UHGV virus genome: UHGV-1366123
Length of the DNA: 64,000 nt
Strand: one strand, 5' to 3'
Source of the DNA: a virus
Each line of letters opens with the position of its first letter. The stretch's first letter is position 1. Shown one piece after another: positions 17,904-27,888 of the stretch. The notes below the pieces were generated by a model. It did not search any database, was not told the origin of the DNA, and saw only the letters and a list, made by a program, of their open reading frames with translations. Position numbers and translations under genes: made by a program.

Positions 17904-18743
17904 ATGCTTAGAAATAAATCACTAAAGCGATATTCAGCTGGTGCAAGAAGAGCATTCGAAAGCGCATCGAATCCTTCAGTAAAGCAGGCTAGCAGAGCAT
18001 CTTCAAAGAAGCAGGTCACTGATGCATCTGTAAAGCAGGCTTCTTTCCGTGAAGCTGTAACACGCACGATTGAGAAGCAGAAGGCATCTTCAAAGAGACA
18101 GGCTTCTCTCCGTGAAGCAGTTTCTCGTACGATTTCGAAGGAAGCTTCTGCTCGTCAGAAGTCACTCGCCAAGCAGGCTTCTCTTCGTGAAGCTGTTTCA
18201 CGTTCTATCTCAAAGCAGAAGGCATCTGCCAAGCAGTCATCAATTCGTGAAGCTATCGCAGAAATGTCCGCCAAGCAGGCATCTTCTGCAAAGCAGGCAA
18301 CCTCTGCAAGCCGTAAGACTCGTCTGTCTTATAAGGAAGCATCTGCAAAGCAGGCATCTCGTCAGTCTCAGAAGGCAGTATCACTCAAGAGCGCTGATGA
18401 ACTCGTACAGCAGGACATCCTCAACTCTGAAGATGTAGAAAACGTACTGAAGCAGGCAGAACTCTCTACGAAGCAGATCGACGCAGTCATCGACGCTCTC
18501 CCAGAGAAGAAGGAAGTTTCACTTGAAGAAGTTGTAACTGAACTCACCGAACAGAGCGTTGAAAAGGAAGTTATCGATGATGTCATTGAAATTGCAACTG
18601 AAGAAGCTGTCAAGGTTTCTGTCAAGGATACGCAGGTCAACGAATCACAGGCTCGTCGACTTCGTAGAGCAATTAGAGAATCGCTCTCGAGAAAAGCTAA
18701 TCGTGCAGTCTACGAAAAGCGTCTTTCAAGAATCCGTCGCTAA
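17904..18743 (+). CDS. highly basic Ser/Lys/Ala-rich protein with internal ~20-aa repeats
   Basis: Repeats ASFREAVTRTIEKQKAS / ASLREAVSRTISKEASA / ASLREAVSRSISKQKASAKQ, followed by an acidic coiled C-terminal half. Confidence 0.5.
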   Translation: MLRNKSLKRYSAGARRAFESASNPSVKQASRASSKKQVTDASVKQASFREAVTRTIEKQKASSKRQASLREAVSRTISKEASARQKSLAKQASLREAVSRSISKQKASAKQSSIREAIAEMSAKQASSAKQATSASRKTRLSYKEASAKQASRQSQKAVSLKSADELVQQDILNSEDVENVLKQAELSTKQIDAVIDALPEKKEVSLEEVVTELTEQSVEKEVIDDVIEIATEEAVKVSVKDTQVNESQARRLRRAIRESLSRKANRAVYEKRLSRIRR

Positions 18744-18770
18744 AAGACAAAACTAACATACAAAAGAAAC

Positions 18771-18820
18771 TGTTTCAGCCCGACCATAATAAGAATGGTC
18801 GGGCTGAAACTTTTTATATG
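18771..18820 (+). terminator. terminator hairpin plus T-run
   Basis: gtttcagcccgacca ... tggtcgggctgaaac tttttatatgg. Confidence 0.5.
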
Positions 18821-18861
18821 GTTCAATTGATAAGAATCATATAAAAAAGGCGTATACACCA

Positions 18862-19608
18862 ATGGCTAAAAAATCACAGTACATAAACCCTTCGGAATAC
18901 AATGATGAACTGGTTAAATGTGTGAAACAAGATAAGTTGTCGGCAAAGATGATAGAAATGTTCTCCATTCATGCGAAGAATGTCTGCAGACGTTTCTATT
19001 TCCCAGATGATGACGATAAGAATGATGCAGTTTCTACGTGCATGGTCGATTTTCTCCACAATTGGAAATCTTTTGCCGTACAAAACAACGTGTTCCTAAA
19101 GTTCAATAGAAACTTTCAAATTGGTGAAAAACTTGAGCTGATAATCGAAAACTCGGGAACGTTCATCTTTACTGCTGGAGAACATCTCGATAAGGAAACG
19201 ATGACCTTCGAGATCAGAGATACCGCAAACAAGTCGATCAGATCGCTTATGATACTCTGCCAAGAAAAGCCACTTTCGGACATCATAAGAGTGACAAACA
19301 ACACATCTAACCACAAGATGATGATTAGAGACCTTCATAATCAAGAAGATCTGACAGTGTTCTCAAAGTTGATCGTCCATGAGCTTCCAAATGAACAACC
19401 ACTAATCCTTGAAGATGGCTATTATAACATTATCGGTGAAAATGTCTACTCATTTGTTCCATTTTCTCCTGCATTCCAATTCTTAACATCTTTGTGTAAC
19501 AACTCGATAAAGAAATCGCTTGACTACACATCACCCAAAGCCTTGAGAGGTGGGAATCAAGTAAGACTCTCGTGTAACGCAGAAGATAACGGAATCTACA
19601 CGCTATAA
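18862..19608 (+). CDS. hypothetical protein
   Basis: 248-aa ORF. Confidence 0.35.
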   Translation: MAKKSQYINPSEYNDELVKCVKQDKLSAKMIEMFSIHAKNVCRRFYFPDDDDKNDAVSTCMVDFLHNWKSFAVQNNVFLKFNRNFQIGEKLELIIENSGTFIFTAGEHLDKETMTFEIRDTANKSIRSLMILCQEKPLSDIIRVTNNTSNHKMMIRDLHNQEDLTVFSKLIVHELPNEQPLILEDGYYNIIGENVYSFVPFSPAFQFLTSLCNNSIKKSLDYTSPKALRGGNQVRLSCNAEDNGIYTL

Positions 19609-19622
19609 AAAGGTTAAAGAAA

Positions 19623-19844
19623 ATGAAGATAAAGATTTTCGAAAGCATTAAGAACATCAAGATCAAACCGATCCACATGTTACTGATTGCGGTGTTACTT
19701 ATCATCGCATCAAGGTATGTCTTTGAATACGTCAACCCATGGCTGGGGTGGATGTCTTATGGAGGGTCGATTTATGTCCTCTACAAATCTCTGACAGGAA
19801 TCTATAAAACTCATATCGAAAAAGAAGATGAAGAAGATCGCTAA
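19623..19844 (+). CDS. small membrane protein with an N-terminal TM helix
   Basis: HMLLIAVLLIIASRYVF TM segment; 3' end overlaps the next gene. Confidence 0.35.
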   Translation: MKIKIFESIKNIKIKPIHMLLIAVLLIIASRYVFEYVNPWLGWMSYGGSIYVLYKSLTGIYKTHIEKEDEEDR

Positions 19845-20631
19845 ACTTCTGTCTATCGGTGCACTTGCAACACTTTCCATCTCATGTGAGAGAGTTGCAC
19901 CAAACTATGCTGGTGTTCTCATGGAGAACTATGGCAAGAATGGTAAATCCGACTTCAACATAGTAACTGGCCGTGTCAACACGTTTGCACCAGGTACTGA
20001 ACTTTTCCAAGTCCCTCTGTTTGAACAACGTGGGGAATTCTCGGAAAAGGTAACTCTCAAAAGTTCTGATAACACCGAGTTCACTGCTCGACCAACGTAT
20101 TCTTACAAGGTTATCAAGGATCGTGCAATTGATGTCGTGTTTGATAACAAGCATATCGAATCAAGTCCTCTGAATGATTCTACAAACTTCATCTCATCAA
20201 TCGAGGACAACATCATAGAGCCAAGAATCTATGACCTCATCAAGGAAGAATCTCGAAAGCATAAAACGGATGAACTCATGGCGGACGGTGGTTCACTTTC
20301 CTTTGAAAAGTCTCTTGAAGATGTCATCCGTGAGGAATTCAAAAAGCGAGGATTCGAACTACTGACTTTCTCTGCACAACTCGAATTTTCCGAAAAAGTC
20401 AGAGAGAAGATCGATTCTCGAAATGAGGTCAACACCAATCTTTCTGTCCTTGATCAACAGATAGAAGAACAAAAGAAAAGAAACCAACTCGAACAGCTTC
20501 GTGCAGAACAGAACAAGATCCGTTCGAGTGGAATTGATGAAAAACTTCTGATGAAGGAATTTATAGAAAAGTGGGATGGTAAGACACCAATCTACGGTAA
20601 AATCCCAGACATCATCAAGTTAGAGAAATAG
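19828..20631 (+). CDS. putative lipoprotein
   Basis: MKKIAKLLSIGALATLSISC signal peptide with lipobox; C-terminal coiled coil EEQKKRNQLEQLRAEQNK. Confidence 0.45.
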   Translation: MKKIAKLLSIGALATLSISCERVAPNYAGVLMENYGKNGKSDFNIVTGRVNTFAPGTELFQVPLFEQRGEFSEKVTLKSSDNTEFTARPTYSYKVIKDRAIDVVFDNKHIESSPLNDSTNFISSIEDNIIEPRIYDLIKEESRKHKTDELMADGGSLSFEKSLEDVIREEFKKRGFELLTFSAQLEFSEKVREKIDSRNEVNTNLSVLDQQIEEQKKRNQLEQLRAEQNKIRSSGIDEKLLMKEFIEKWDGKTPIYGKIPDIIKLEK

Positions 20632-20794
20632 CAGGTTATAGAAATAACAGACAAATCGCCCCCAGACGAGAAAGAGCCGTGCTAAGGAGAAAGTTCCTTC
20701 AGCACGGCTCTTGGTGTATAGATGAAACCATGCTGATTATAAGATTAATGAATGATGAAGAAATATCAATCAACTAATCAATCAAAGTAAGAAT

Positions 20795-21049
20795 ATGAAA
20801 AAGATAGGTCGCATAGGCTTTAGAGTGGTTTCCGTCTATGAAGTAGAAGAATGTGAAGTTCCCGATCACGTATACGAATCATTCAAAAAACTGGAAGAGA
20901 TGGGTGTTGATGAAATAAGCAACTTCTCCTCGGATGATGATGAATGTCGAGTTTATGACTACATCATGAGAAACTATGACAGTCCGCACGAATCTATCAC
21001 GTGTGAAGTAAAGCTCGATGAGATCTATCTTGACGAGAATAACTATTAA
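20795..21049 (+). CDS. hypothetical small acidic protein
   Basis: 84-aa ORF. Confidence 0.3.
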   Translation: MKKIGRIGFRVVSVYEVEECEVPDHVYESFKKLEEMGVDEISNFSSDDDECRVYDYIMRNYDSPHESITCEVKLDEIYLDENNY

Positions 21050-21060
21050 CAACAGACAAA

Positions 21061-22407
21061 ATGGAAAAGATGGAAAACAACTATCCTCAGATGCCAAATG
21101 GTCTCCTGCTCACCGAAGAGTTCAAGAAAGCGTATGACCTTCTTGAACACACGAAGGAATTCGTGTTTTTGACTGGGGATGCAGGATCTGGCAAGACCAC
21201 ATTCCTAAAATGGTGGTTAAGTAACACTTCAAAGAAGACAGTCGTTCTGTCTCCAACTGGTATGGGAGCTGTAAATCTTCTCCCAATCAAGGCATCAACC
21301 GTCCATAAGTTCTTCAAGTTTGGCAATAAGCCATTGTTCACATCGAACATCCCCCGACTTTCGTCTCAGAAATACAAGGAGAACAGACAGTTGTATCTCA
21401 ATGTCGACACGATCATCATTGATGAGTGTTCGATGGTATCTTCCATGATGATGCAGGCAATCGATGATTTTTATCGAATTAACTTTGATTCTGATGAACC
21501 ATTCGGTGGAAAGCAGATAGTCCTTGTCGGTGATATGGCACAGCTCCCACCAGTTATTGGGTCTGATGCCGAAAGACAATACACTAAGGACAGATTTGGT
21601 GGGAAATACTTCTTCTATGCGAATATCTTCAAGGAGGTAAGTATCAAGTTTGTCGAGTTCACAGAAATCTTCAGACAGAATGATCCCGAGTTCATTGGAT
21701 ACCTCAACAAGATCAGAACTGGGACGATAACACAAAGTGATATCATAAAGCTCAATGACATCTTCACATCAAACAAGGTGTCTGATGATGCTATGGTGAT
21801 CTCGTTCAGAAATGATGTCGTCGACATGATCAACGACTATAAGCTCAATGAGATCAAAGCAGAAGATGTGTTCCTCTATTCATCGATCAATGGCTTCTTC
21901 AATCCAAAGTCTTGTCCAGTCAAGGAAATCACACGTGTAAGACCTGGGTGCCGTATAATGTGCAGAAACAACGACAAGGAAGAAAGATGGGTGAATGGAA
22001 CGATCGCAAAGTTCGTCAAGAAGATCAATGACGATAAGATTATGATCGAACTTGAGGGAGGTGACAAGCAGATTATGGAAAAGGTCGAGTTCACCGATTC
22101 CAAGTTCGAGTACAACTCAAAGACTGGGGAAATCGAAGCCAAGGAAACATCTTCCATGACCTGCTTCCCTATCGTTGTGTCTTATGCAATGACTGCACAT
22201 AAATCGCAAGGGATCACACTTGACGAGGTGAAGATCGACATTGGTAAAGGTGCTTTCGACACAGGTCAGCTTTATGTAGCACTGTCACGTTGTCGGTCGA
22301 TGCGAGGAATACAGCTTATATCAAACATGTCGATACGAGACGTGAAAGTTGATGATAAGATTTATGAATTCTATAAAAAAATGAGAGAAAACAATGGAGT
22401 ACTTTAA
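21061..22407 (+). CDS. SF1 helicase, Dda/Pif1/RecD-like
   Basis: Walker A GDAGSGKTTFL, motif II IIIDECSMVS, motif III VLVGDMAQLPPV, C-terminal YVALSRCRS. Confidence 0.7.
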   Translation: MEKMENNYPQMPNGLLLTEEFKKAYDLLEHTKEFVFLTGDAGSGKTTFLKWWLSNTSKKTVVLSPTGMGAVNLLPIKASTVHKFFKFGNKPLFTSNIPRLSSQKYKENRQLYLNVDTIIIDECSMVSSMMMQAIDDFYRINFDSDEPFGGKQIVLVGDMAQLPPVIGSDAERQYTKDRFGGKYFFYANIFKEVSIKFVEFTEIFRQNDPEFIGYLNKIRTGTITQSDIIKLNDIFTSNKVSDDAMVISFRNDVVDMINDYKLNEIKAEDVFLYSSINGFFNPKSCPVKEITRVRPGCRIMCRNNDKEERWVNGTIAKFVKKINDDKIMIELEGGDKQIMEKVEFTDSKFEYNSKTGEIEAKETSSMTCFPIVVSYAMTAHKSQGITLDEVKIDIGKGAFDTGQLYVALSRCRSMRGIQLISNMSIRDVKVDDKIYEFYKKMRENNGVL

Positions 22408-22816
22408 GGTAGTAATTGCTTACCGTGCGTCAGATGATGAAGGTAAGCTGAAGAAATTCACCAAGCAGATCATCGTGAATTCCAAGAACTTCGCAGAAGC
22501 AGAAAAGGACGCTATGCACGCCTTTGGGGAAGCAGTTCCCGAAGGTCATGCCGAATTCGAGATGAAGTCCATCTCAAAGGTACATTTCGAATACATCTTC
22601 GGCATGGACAATCAACAGATCCTCCACCGCCCACAATGGTATAAGGCGACAGTAAAGACTGATTCTGAGAAGTTCCAGATTCTAATCTGTGGTGATAACA
22701 ACATTTCTGATATCTCAAACGATATCTCCGAGAGAATGAGCAACGAGGTGGTTATTCCTTTTGGTGTGGTTCAAGTCACCTCCACCAACATTCTCACTGT
22801 AGAACTCACGGCATAA
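22394..22816 (+). CDS. hypothetical protein
   Basis: 140-aa ORF. Confidence 0.35.
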   Translation: MEYFKVVIAYRASDDEGKLKKFTKQIIVNSKNFAEAEKDAMHAFGEAVPEGHAEFEMKSISKVHFEYIFGMDNQQILHRPQWYKATVKTDSEKFQILICGDNNISDISNDISERMSNEVVIPFGVVQVTSTNILTVELTA

Positions 22817-22840
22817 GCCATCAACCAATAACCACGACAA

Positions 22841-22900
22841 GATATTCTTGAAGGCACAGAGAGGTATTTCCGTTGCGCTCTGTGCCTTCAAGAATATAAA
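22841..22900. terminator. 20-bp perfect inverted repeat hairpin carrying the TTTCC..TTGCGCTCTG core, followed by AATATAAAAAATCG
   Basis: atattcttgaaggcacagag ... ctctgtgccttcaagaatat. Confidence 0.45.
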
Positions 22901-22915
22901 AAATCGATACAAAGT

Positions 22916-23674
22916 ATGGGAAAAAGAAAGAAGATACAAGAAAAGTTCAAGAAACTGAGGAAGTCGGGGTGTCTTAAAGATATCGCATCGATCAGAAATA
23001 CAAACCCCGAAATGATGGGCAAAGGGGTGACTATCACAAACATGGCAGACACCTTCAACCTCTTCGATTTCAAGGCAGAAAACATCAACATTCATGCGGT
23101 GGCCAGATCACTGTCGAATCAATGCAGATACAATGGATCGACGAATGGGTTCTACTCTGTGGCTCAACATTGCGTTCGTATGGCAGAATCCGCTTTGCTT
23201 GCATATGGTGACGTTCGACTTGCTCTCGCAATTCTGCTCCACGACGCTACAGAGTGCTACGTTTCCGATATCCCTTACACGTTGAAGAGGGAACTTCCCG
23301 ATCATATCAAGCAGATCGAGAAGGATATCGAGAAGGTGATTTTCTCACACTTTGGTGTGGGTGAATACCTCGATTCAAAGCTTATGAAGTTCATCGACAC
23401 ACAAATCTGTAATGATGAACTCGAGTTCCTTCTTGGTCAGCAGATCGGCATTGACGAGTATCTCTCAGACAAACTCAGAGATCTCGACAATCGTGATTGG
23501 TCACGTGGTGGCATTTACCCATATCAAAAGCCAATCGTGTTCGAGTTCGACTATTGGTCTCCAGAGAAGGCATATGAACAATTCATCACACACTTCTATA
23601 AGTACACTTACCTCATCGAAAAGTATAAGGGAAAGGAAGTGTTGACGAAGTTTGGTGTTAACACAGAGAAATAA
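22916..23674 (+). CDS. HD-domain phosphohydrolase (YfbR-like 5'-nucleotidase family)
   Basis: HAVARSLSNQCRY ... LAILLHDATECYVSDIP (H...HD motif). Confidence 0.55.
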   Translation: MGKRKKIQEKFKKLRKSGCLKDIASIRNTNPEMMGKGVTITNMADTFNLFDFKAENINIHAVARSLSNQCRYNGSTNGFYSVAQHCVRMAESALLAYGDVRLALAILLHDATECYVSDIPYTLKRELPDHIKQIEKDIEKVIFSHFGVGEYLDSKLMKFIDTQICNDELEFLLGQQIGIDEYLSDKLRDLDNRDWSRGGIYPYQKPIVFEFDYWSPEKAYEQFITHFYKYTYLIEKYKGKEVLTKFGVNTEK

Positions 23675-23689
23675 AAAACCTCCGCACTT

Positions 23690-24661
23690 ATGATAGATCA
23701 GTTATTCGTATCAAAGTTCTCTCCGAAGAAGCTATCCGCATTTGTTCTTCCACAGAGAATTAAGGACATGTTCAAAGATGAAGATGATCCACTCAGACAG
23801 TCTATGATCTTCTATGGTCTTCAAGGATGTGGGAAGTCAAGTCTTGCGAAATACCTCGGTAAGAAGTACGTTTTCTTGTACATCAATGCATCGACAAACG
23901 GAAGAATTGAAGATCTTCGAGACATGGTCACAGAATTCTGTGATTCTTCCCCACTTATCTGGGATGATGGGGTGAAATCTGATCGAAAGGTAGTCCTTTT
24001 TGATGAGATAAATGGCGCATCCGCACAATTCTTTGAAGGTCTCAAAGGGTTCATGGAAGAATACTCATCAGTTATCTTCCTTGCAACAACGAACCACTTC
24101 CACAAGATACCAGATCCGATCAAGTCAAGAATGGTTTCGGTCGACTTCACACCTCAGAACAAAGAAGAAGAAGAACAGATCTTGAAAGGATACAAATCAA
24201 GAATTGGGAAGATCCTCGAAGGTTGTGGGATCGAGTGCTCGGAAGAAGGATTCGAAATGCTGATGAAGAAGTATTACCCAGATTTTCGATCAACCTTGAA
24301 CTTCCTGCAGAGCGTCTACAACGGATCGAAGATAGTCGACAAGAACTCGATATCGTCCTATGGTGACAGATTCTCCGAAATCTACGACATGATTCTTGAC
24401 AAATCGGCAAATCCTGTCGACATTCATAAGCTCCTCGGTGGTGACTATTCATCAATGGCTTCCGAAATCATAGAATCGCTAGATACTGACTTCATCGAAT
24501 ACATGACTGGGAAACTCGGTTCTTCGATGACATCTGCAATTCCCACGATTTGTATTGTGGTCTGTGATCATCTTTACAAACTGCAAATGTCGGTCGATCC
24601 TATGATCGTCTTGAAGTCATGTGTATTCACGCTAAACAACTATTATAAATCCCTGAAATGA
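23690..24661 (+). CDS. clamp-loader AAA+ ATPase (gp44/RFC-like)
   Basis: Walker A GLQGCGKSSLAKYL, Walker B VVLFDEINGA. Confidence 0.6.
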   Translation: MIDQLFVSKFSPKKLSAFVLPQRIKDMFKDEDDPLRQSMIFYGLQGCGKSSLAKYLGKKYVFLYINASTNGRIEDLRDMVTEFCDSSPLIWDDGVKSDRKVVLFDEINGASAQFFEGLKGFMEEYSSVIFLATTNHFHKIPDPIKSRMVSVDFTPQNKEEEEQILKGYKSRIGKILEGCGIECSEEGFEMLMKKYYPDFRSTLNFLQSVYNGSKIVDKNSISSYGDRFSEIYDMILDKSANPVDIHKLLGGDYSSMASEIIESLDTDFIEYMTGKLGSSMTSAIPTICIVVCDHLYKLQMSVDPMIVLKSCVFTLNNYYKSLK

Positions 24662-24960
24662 AAGCCATGGATTCAATAAAAGTGAGACAATCACTTCTCA
24701 GTGTTTACAAGAAATACGGATTATCGTGTAAGTATGAAAGTTCATCAATATCTTCTGGGATTATGAAGATACACCAAGAGACCTGCCATAAGTTAGGAAG
24801 TGTCGTCACGAATATCACTTTCGACGACAAGTCCAACATCTGCACCATAACACATAACGATGGTGAGAAATGGTCTACGAAGTCATTCAGATTCACGTCA
24901 TCTGAAGAATTCTTGTCATTGTACGACAAAACGATCGATGAGCTTCTGAACAAAAAGTAG
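24658..24960 (+). CDS. hypothetical protein (position fits a clamp-loader small subunit)
   Basis: ATGA overlap with the clamp-loader gene; 100 aa. Confidence 0.3.
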   Translation: MKAMDSIKVRQSLLSVYKKYGLSCKYESSSISSGIMKIHQETCHKLGSVVTNITFDDKSNICTITHNDGEKWSTKSFRFTSSEEFLSLYDKTIDELLNKK

Positions 24961-25045
24961 GAAGACAAAAAAGAACGGTAGTTGGAAGATTGGTGATGAG
25001 CAATGCCTAAAAAACGTTGCTCATCATCTGTATTATAGAACTTAT

Positions 25046-25384
25046 GTGGAAACTAATAATAACAACAAATCAATCAGTCAAACACTTATGGACAAACAAG
25101 AACTCGAAAAGATCGTAAAACCACTCTGTTGGAGAAGCTATGACAACGGAAGAGTTATCACCGCAGAAACAGTCTTGAAGTACAATCTGAAACTTGAAAA
25201 GGTAGGTGAATGCTACTTGGTTCACAGAATATACTCGGATAATGACTGCTTAGAGTATAACAAACCAGTCACGCTTCAAACTGCAAAAGATATCGCATGG
25301 ACTGCTTATCTTCATACGATAGGTTGTATGATGGAAACTGTAACACAAGACGACAACGATAATGGCAAAGGCAAGAGTAAGTAA
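25046..25384 (+). CDS. hypothetical protein
   Basis: 112-aa ORF. Confidence 0.3.
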   Translation: METNNNNKSISQTLMDKQELEKIVKPLCWRSYDNGRVITAETVLKYNLKLEKVGECYLVHRIYSDNDCLEYNKPVTLQTAKDIAWTAYLHTIGCMMETVTQDDNDNGKGKSK

Positions 25385-25763
25385 AGGAGCGTTTTCTTTT
25401 ATCGATAAATTCCTCGATGATTGGCGCAAGGAAAAGGTAAGTGATGTCGATGAGGTCGTCGCATTTGTGAATGATTGTATTGACAAGCTACAGTCGTTGA
25501 CAAACTTTGAAGTGTACTCACGAGAAACAAAAGTGTCTGATGGAACGTTCAATATAAGTTGCGAAATGGAGGGAGACGAATACGGATTCGTGAGAGTTTA
25601 TGCAACGCTGTTCGACGATCATAGTTACTACGCATCTTTGACTTATATCGACAACGACACCCACGAGATTATCGATGGTCAGATATCAGTAAAGAAGAAG
25701 ACGACAATGATCCAGAAGATGCAAGAGTTCGTGGAAAGTGTAGAACGTAAAATCGGGAAGTAG
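25362..25763 (+). CDS. hypothetical protein
   Basis: 133-aa ORF. Confidence 0.3.
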   Translation: MAKARVSKGAFSFIDKFLDDWRKEKVSDVDEVVAFVNDCIDKLQSLTNFEVYSRETKVSDGTFNISCEMEGDEYGFVRVYATLFDDHSYYASLTYIDNDTHEIIDGQISVKKKTTMIQKMQEFVESVERKIGK

Positions 25764-25766
25764 TTT

Positions 25767-26207
25767 ATGGGATTTTTAAAGGCATTGAAGGATTTCGTGA
25801 ACAAGAGAGGTGTTGTGAACACGAAAAGATCGTATGTTCACACAGATGATCTTCGTCTCAATCCTTCTTCTGAGCACCAAATATCAGAGGTCACAAAGTA
25901 TGACATTGTACCTCATAACATGGTCGTGATAGCCACTCATGGAACTGGCTACTTTGTACGTAGTGAAGATTGTCACACATACAAGGAAACAAACACGACG
26001 TGCTATGACTTCATACTTGAGAATCAATATGATGGATCGTTTGTGGATATCGTCATAAACTACGAAAGTGATGGAAATGGAGAAGGGAAGATCTGTAACA
26101 TTTCCATGGCGTACGAATATGAAAACGACTCATCAATCGAAAACGTATCGAAAGATGAAGCGATAAAGTTTATGGCTTCATTCCTACAAAGAACTCTGCT
26201 ATTATGA
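25767..26207 (+). CDS. hypothetical protein
   Basis: 146-aa ORF. Confidence 0.3.
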   Translation: MGFLKALKDFVNKRGVVNTKRSYVHTDDLRLNPSSEHQISEVTKYDIVPHNMVVIATHGTGYFVRSEDCHTYKETNTTCYDFILENQYDGSFVDIVINYESDGNGEGKICNISMAYEYENDSSIENVSKDEAIKFMASFLQRTLLL

Positions 26208-26300
26208 CAGAGTATGACACGAACGGATATGACAGACATATGACAAAGATGACAGACGTATGACAAAGATGACAGACGTATGACAATTTTGTCATGACAA
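26204..26300. repeat. iteron-like array: nine ATGACA(R) copies including 2.5 copies of a 20-bp unit GTATGACAAAGATGACAGAC
   Basis: tatgacagagtatgacac...atatgacagacatatgacaaagatgacagacgtatgacaaagatgacagacgtatgacaattttgtcatgacaa. Confidence 0.5.
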
Positions 26301-26387
26301 CGATAATTTGGCACGATTTTTGTTATAATTATTATGAAAGATCGATCACTCGGATCAATCAACTTCAACCCAACATAAACAACAACA

Positions 26388-27068
26388 ATGACTATGACAA
26401 CAACGGCAACCATACAAGACAAACTCGACAAGAACGTAGAGTTTGTTTGTTCATTGTACAAGGCACGATTCGAAAAGTCGAAGGCTGTACAAGACGAATC
26501 GTTATACCACGTAACGTACACGATCACCTGTGAAGATTCCCACACTATCATCTTCCACGCAAACCTCTTTCCGAAAATGTTCGGGATGGTCATCAATGAT
26601 CTACTGAATAATAATGAATCTTCAATGATCGTGGAGACACTTGAAAACGAAGATGACTACGCAGAAAAAGTCGTGTCGACGCTTTCGGGTCTCATGTCTT
26701 ACAAGAAATCAGAAGATGAAGAGGATCATTCTTCTGCAGACATGTACGACCTCGTAGGTTTTGCGGTTGGTGCAACAAAGAACGCCACGTGGGAACACAA
26801 ATACGGAAAAGACGATATCAAGAAAACCTCATATGATCACTTCATCATCAATATCAACTATGAGGTGACAATGACTATCACACTTGAATATTGGGCAGAT
26901 GGTCGTCCGTACGTTTCCGAAGTCGATATCCTCACGTTCACCGTACGTACTCTCAGTGGGACTTATGAGAAGAAGACACTCAACACTACGATATCGGACG
27001 CTATGCTTGAATCTGTCGATTTCATCAATCTTGCCAACAGGTTCTCGGGTGGTAGAATGATAAAATAG
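26388..27068 (+). CDS. hypothetical protein
   Basis: 226-aa ORF. Confidence 0.3.
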   Translation: MTMTTTATIQDKLDKNVEFVCSLYKARFEKSKAVQDESLYHVTYTITCEDSHTIIFHANLFPKMFGMVINDLLNNNESSMIVETLENEDDYAEKVVSTLSGLMSYKKSEDEEDHSSADMYDLVGFAVGATKNATWEHKYGKDDIKKTSYDHFIININYEVTMTITLEYWADGRPYVSEVDILTFTVRTLSGTYEKKTLNTTISDAMLESVDFINLANRFSGGRMIK

Positions 27069-27225
27069 AAACCTCCGTCTCCGTCGAGATCGACATTGAC
27101 GTTTTTAAATAACACAAGCAAGTGAAACCTCGTGATAACAATTATCACGAGGTTTCACTTTTTTCGAAAATATCAATATCAATATCGATCATCGATCATA
27201 ATCATCATTATCAACATCCATCAAT

Positions 27226-27858
27226 ATGTTAGAGGTAGATTTAGCAAAGCTGGTAGTCTCTCATTTCTCCAAAGACTGTGAAGTGTATCAAGAAGTGAAA
27301 GCTTGTTCTTCACGTGTCATTGATATCGTGGTTCGTAGGAAATCGGGACTTATGGCAATAGAAACCAAAGTGACGTTGAATATGAAACTTTGGGAACAGG
27401 CATTCAAGAACAAGAAGTGGTGTAATTACTCTTTCATCGCAATTCCCGAGAACATCTATAGGAAATCTCGACGAAAGATGATCTCTGGTATATGCAGAGG
27501 TCTGAACATTGGTATCATTGTTGTAGATTTTGATGGAAATGTAAGCATTCAGTACAACCCTGCAGAAGAAATCCCCACACAAACCTTAAAGCTGTACGAC
27601 GAACAGAAGTCGTTCGCTCTTGCAGGAAGTGGCGGTGTTCCATACTTTACACCATTTAAGAAGACCGTCTCCGAGATCAAGAAGTATCTCGAAAAGCATG
27701 GGAAGTCAGAACTGGTAACCGTGATCAAGTCTATTGATCATCACTACAAAACAGAGCAATCTGCAATACAGTCGATTCGAAATTATGCTTCCAAAGGTGT
27801 TTTAAAAGGTATTGTCTCGTCGGAAGACGGTAGGTATTTAGAGCTTTCCCAACCTTAA
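27226..27858 (+). CDS. putative PD-(D/E)xK-fold nuclease
   Basis: RVIDIVVRRKSGLMAIETKV (D...E.K arrangement). Confidence 0.3.
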   Translation: MLEVDLAKLVVSHFSKDCEVYQEVKACSSRVIDIVVRRKSGLMAIETKVTLNMKLWEQAFKNKKWCNYSFIAIPENIYRKSRRKMISGICRGLNIGIIVVDFDGNVSIQYNPAEEIPTQTLKLYDEQKSFALAGSGGVPYFTPFKKTVSEIKKYLEKHGKSELVTVIKSIDHHYKTEQSAIQSIRNYASKGVLKGIVSSEDGRYLELSQP

Positions 27859-27888
27859 ATAAGCAAACAATTCAAGAAAGACTATCCA

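Noticed and set aside
18070-18438. Alternative-frame 122-aa ORF inside the repetitive basic protein gene
   Set aside because: It is produced by the nucleotide repeats (R/S/L-rich translation of the same repeat) and is fully nested in the stronger frame
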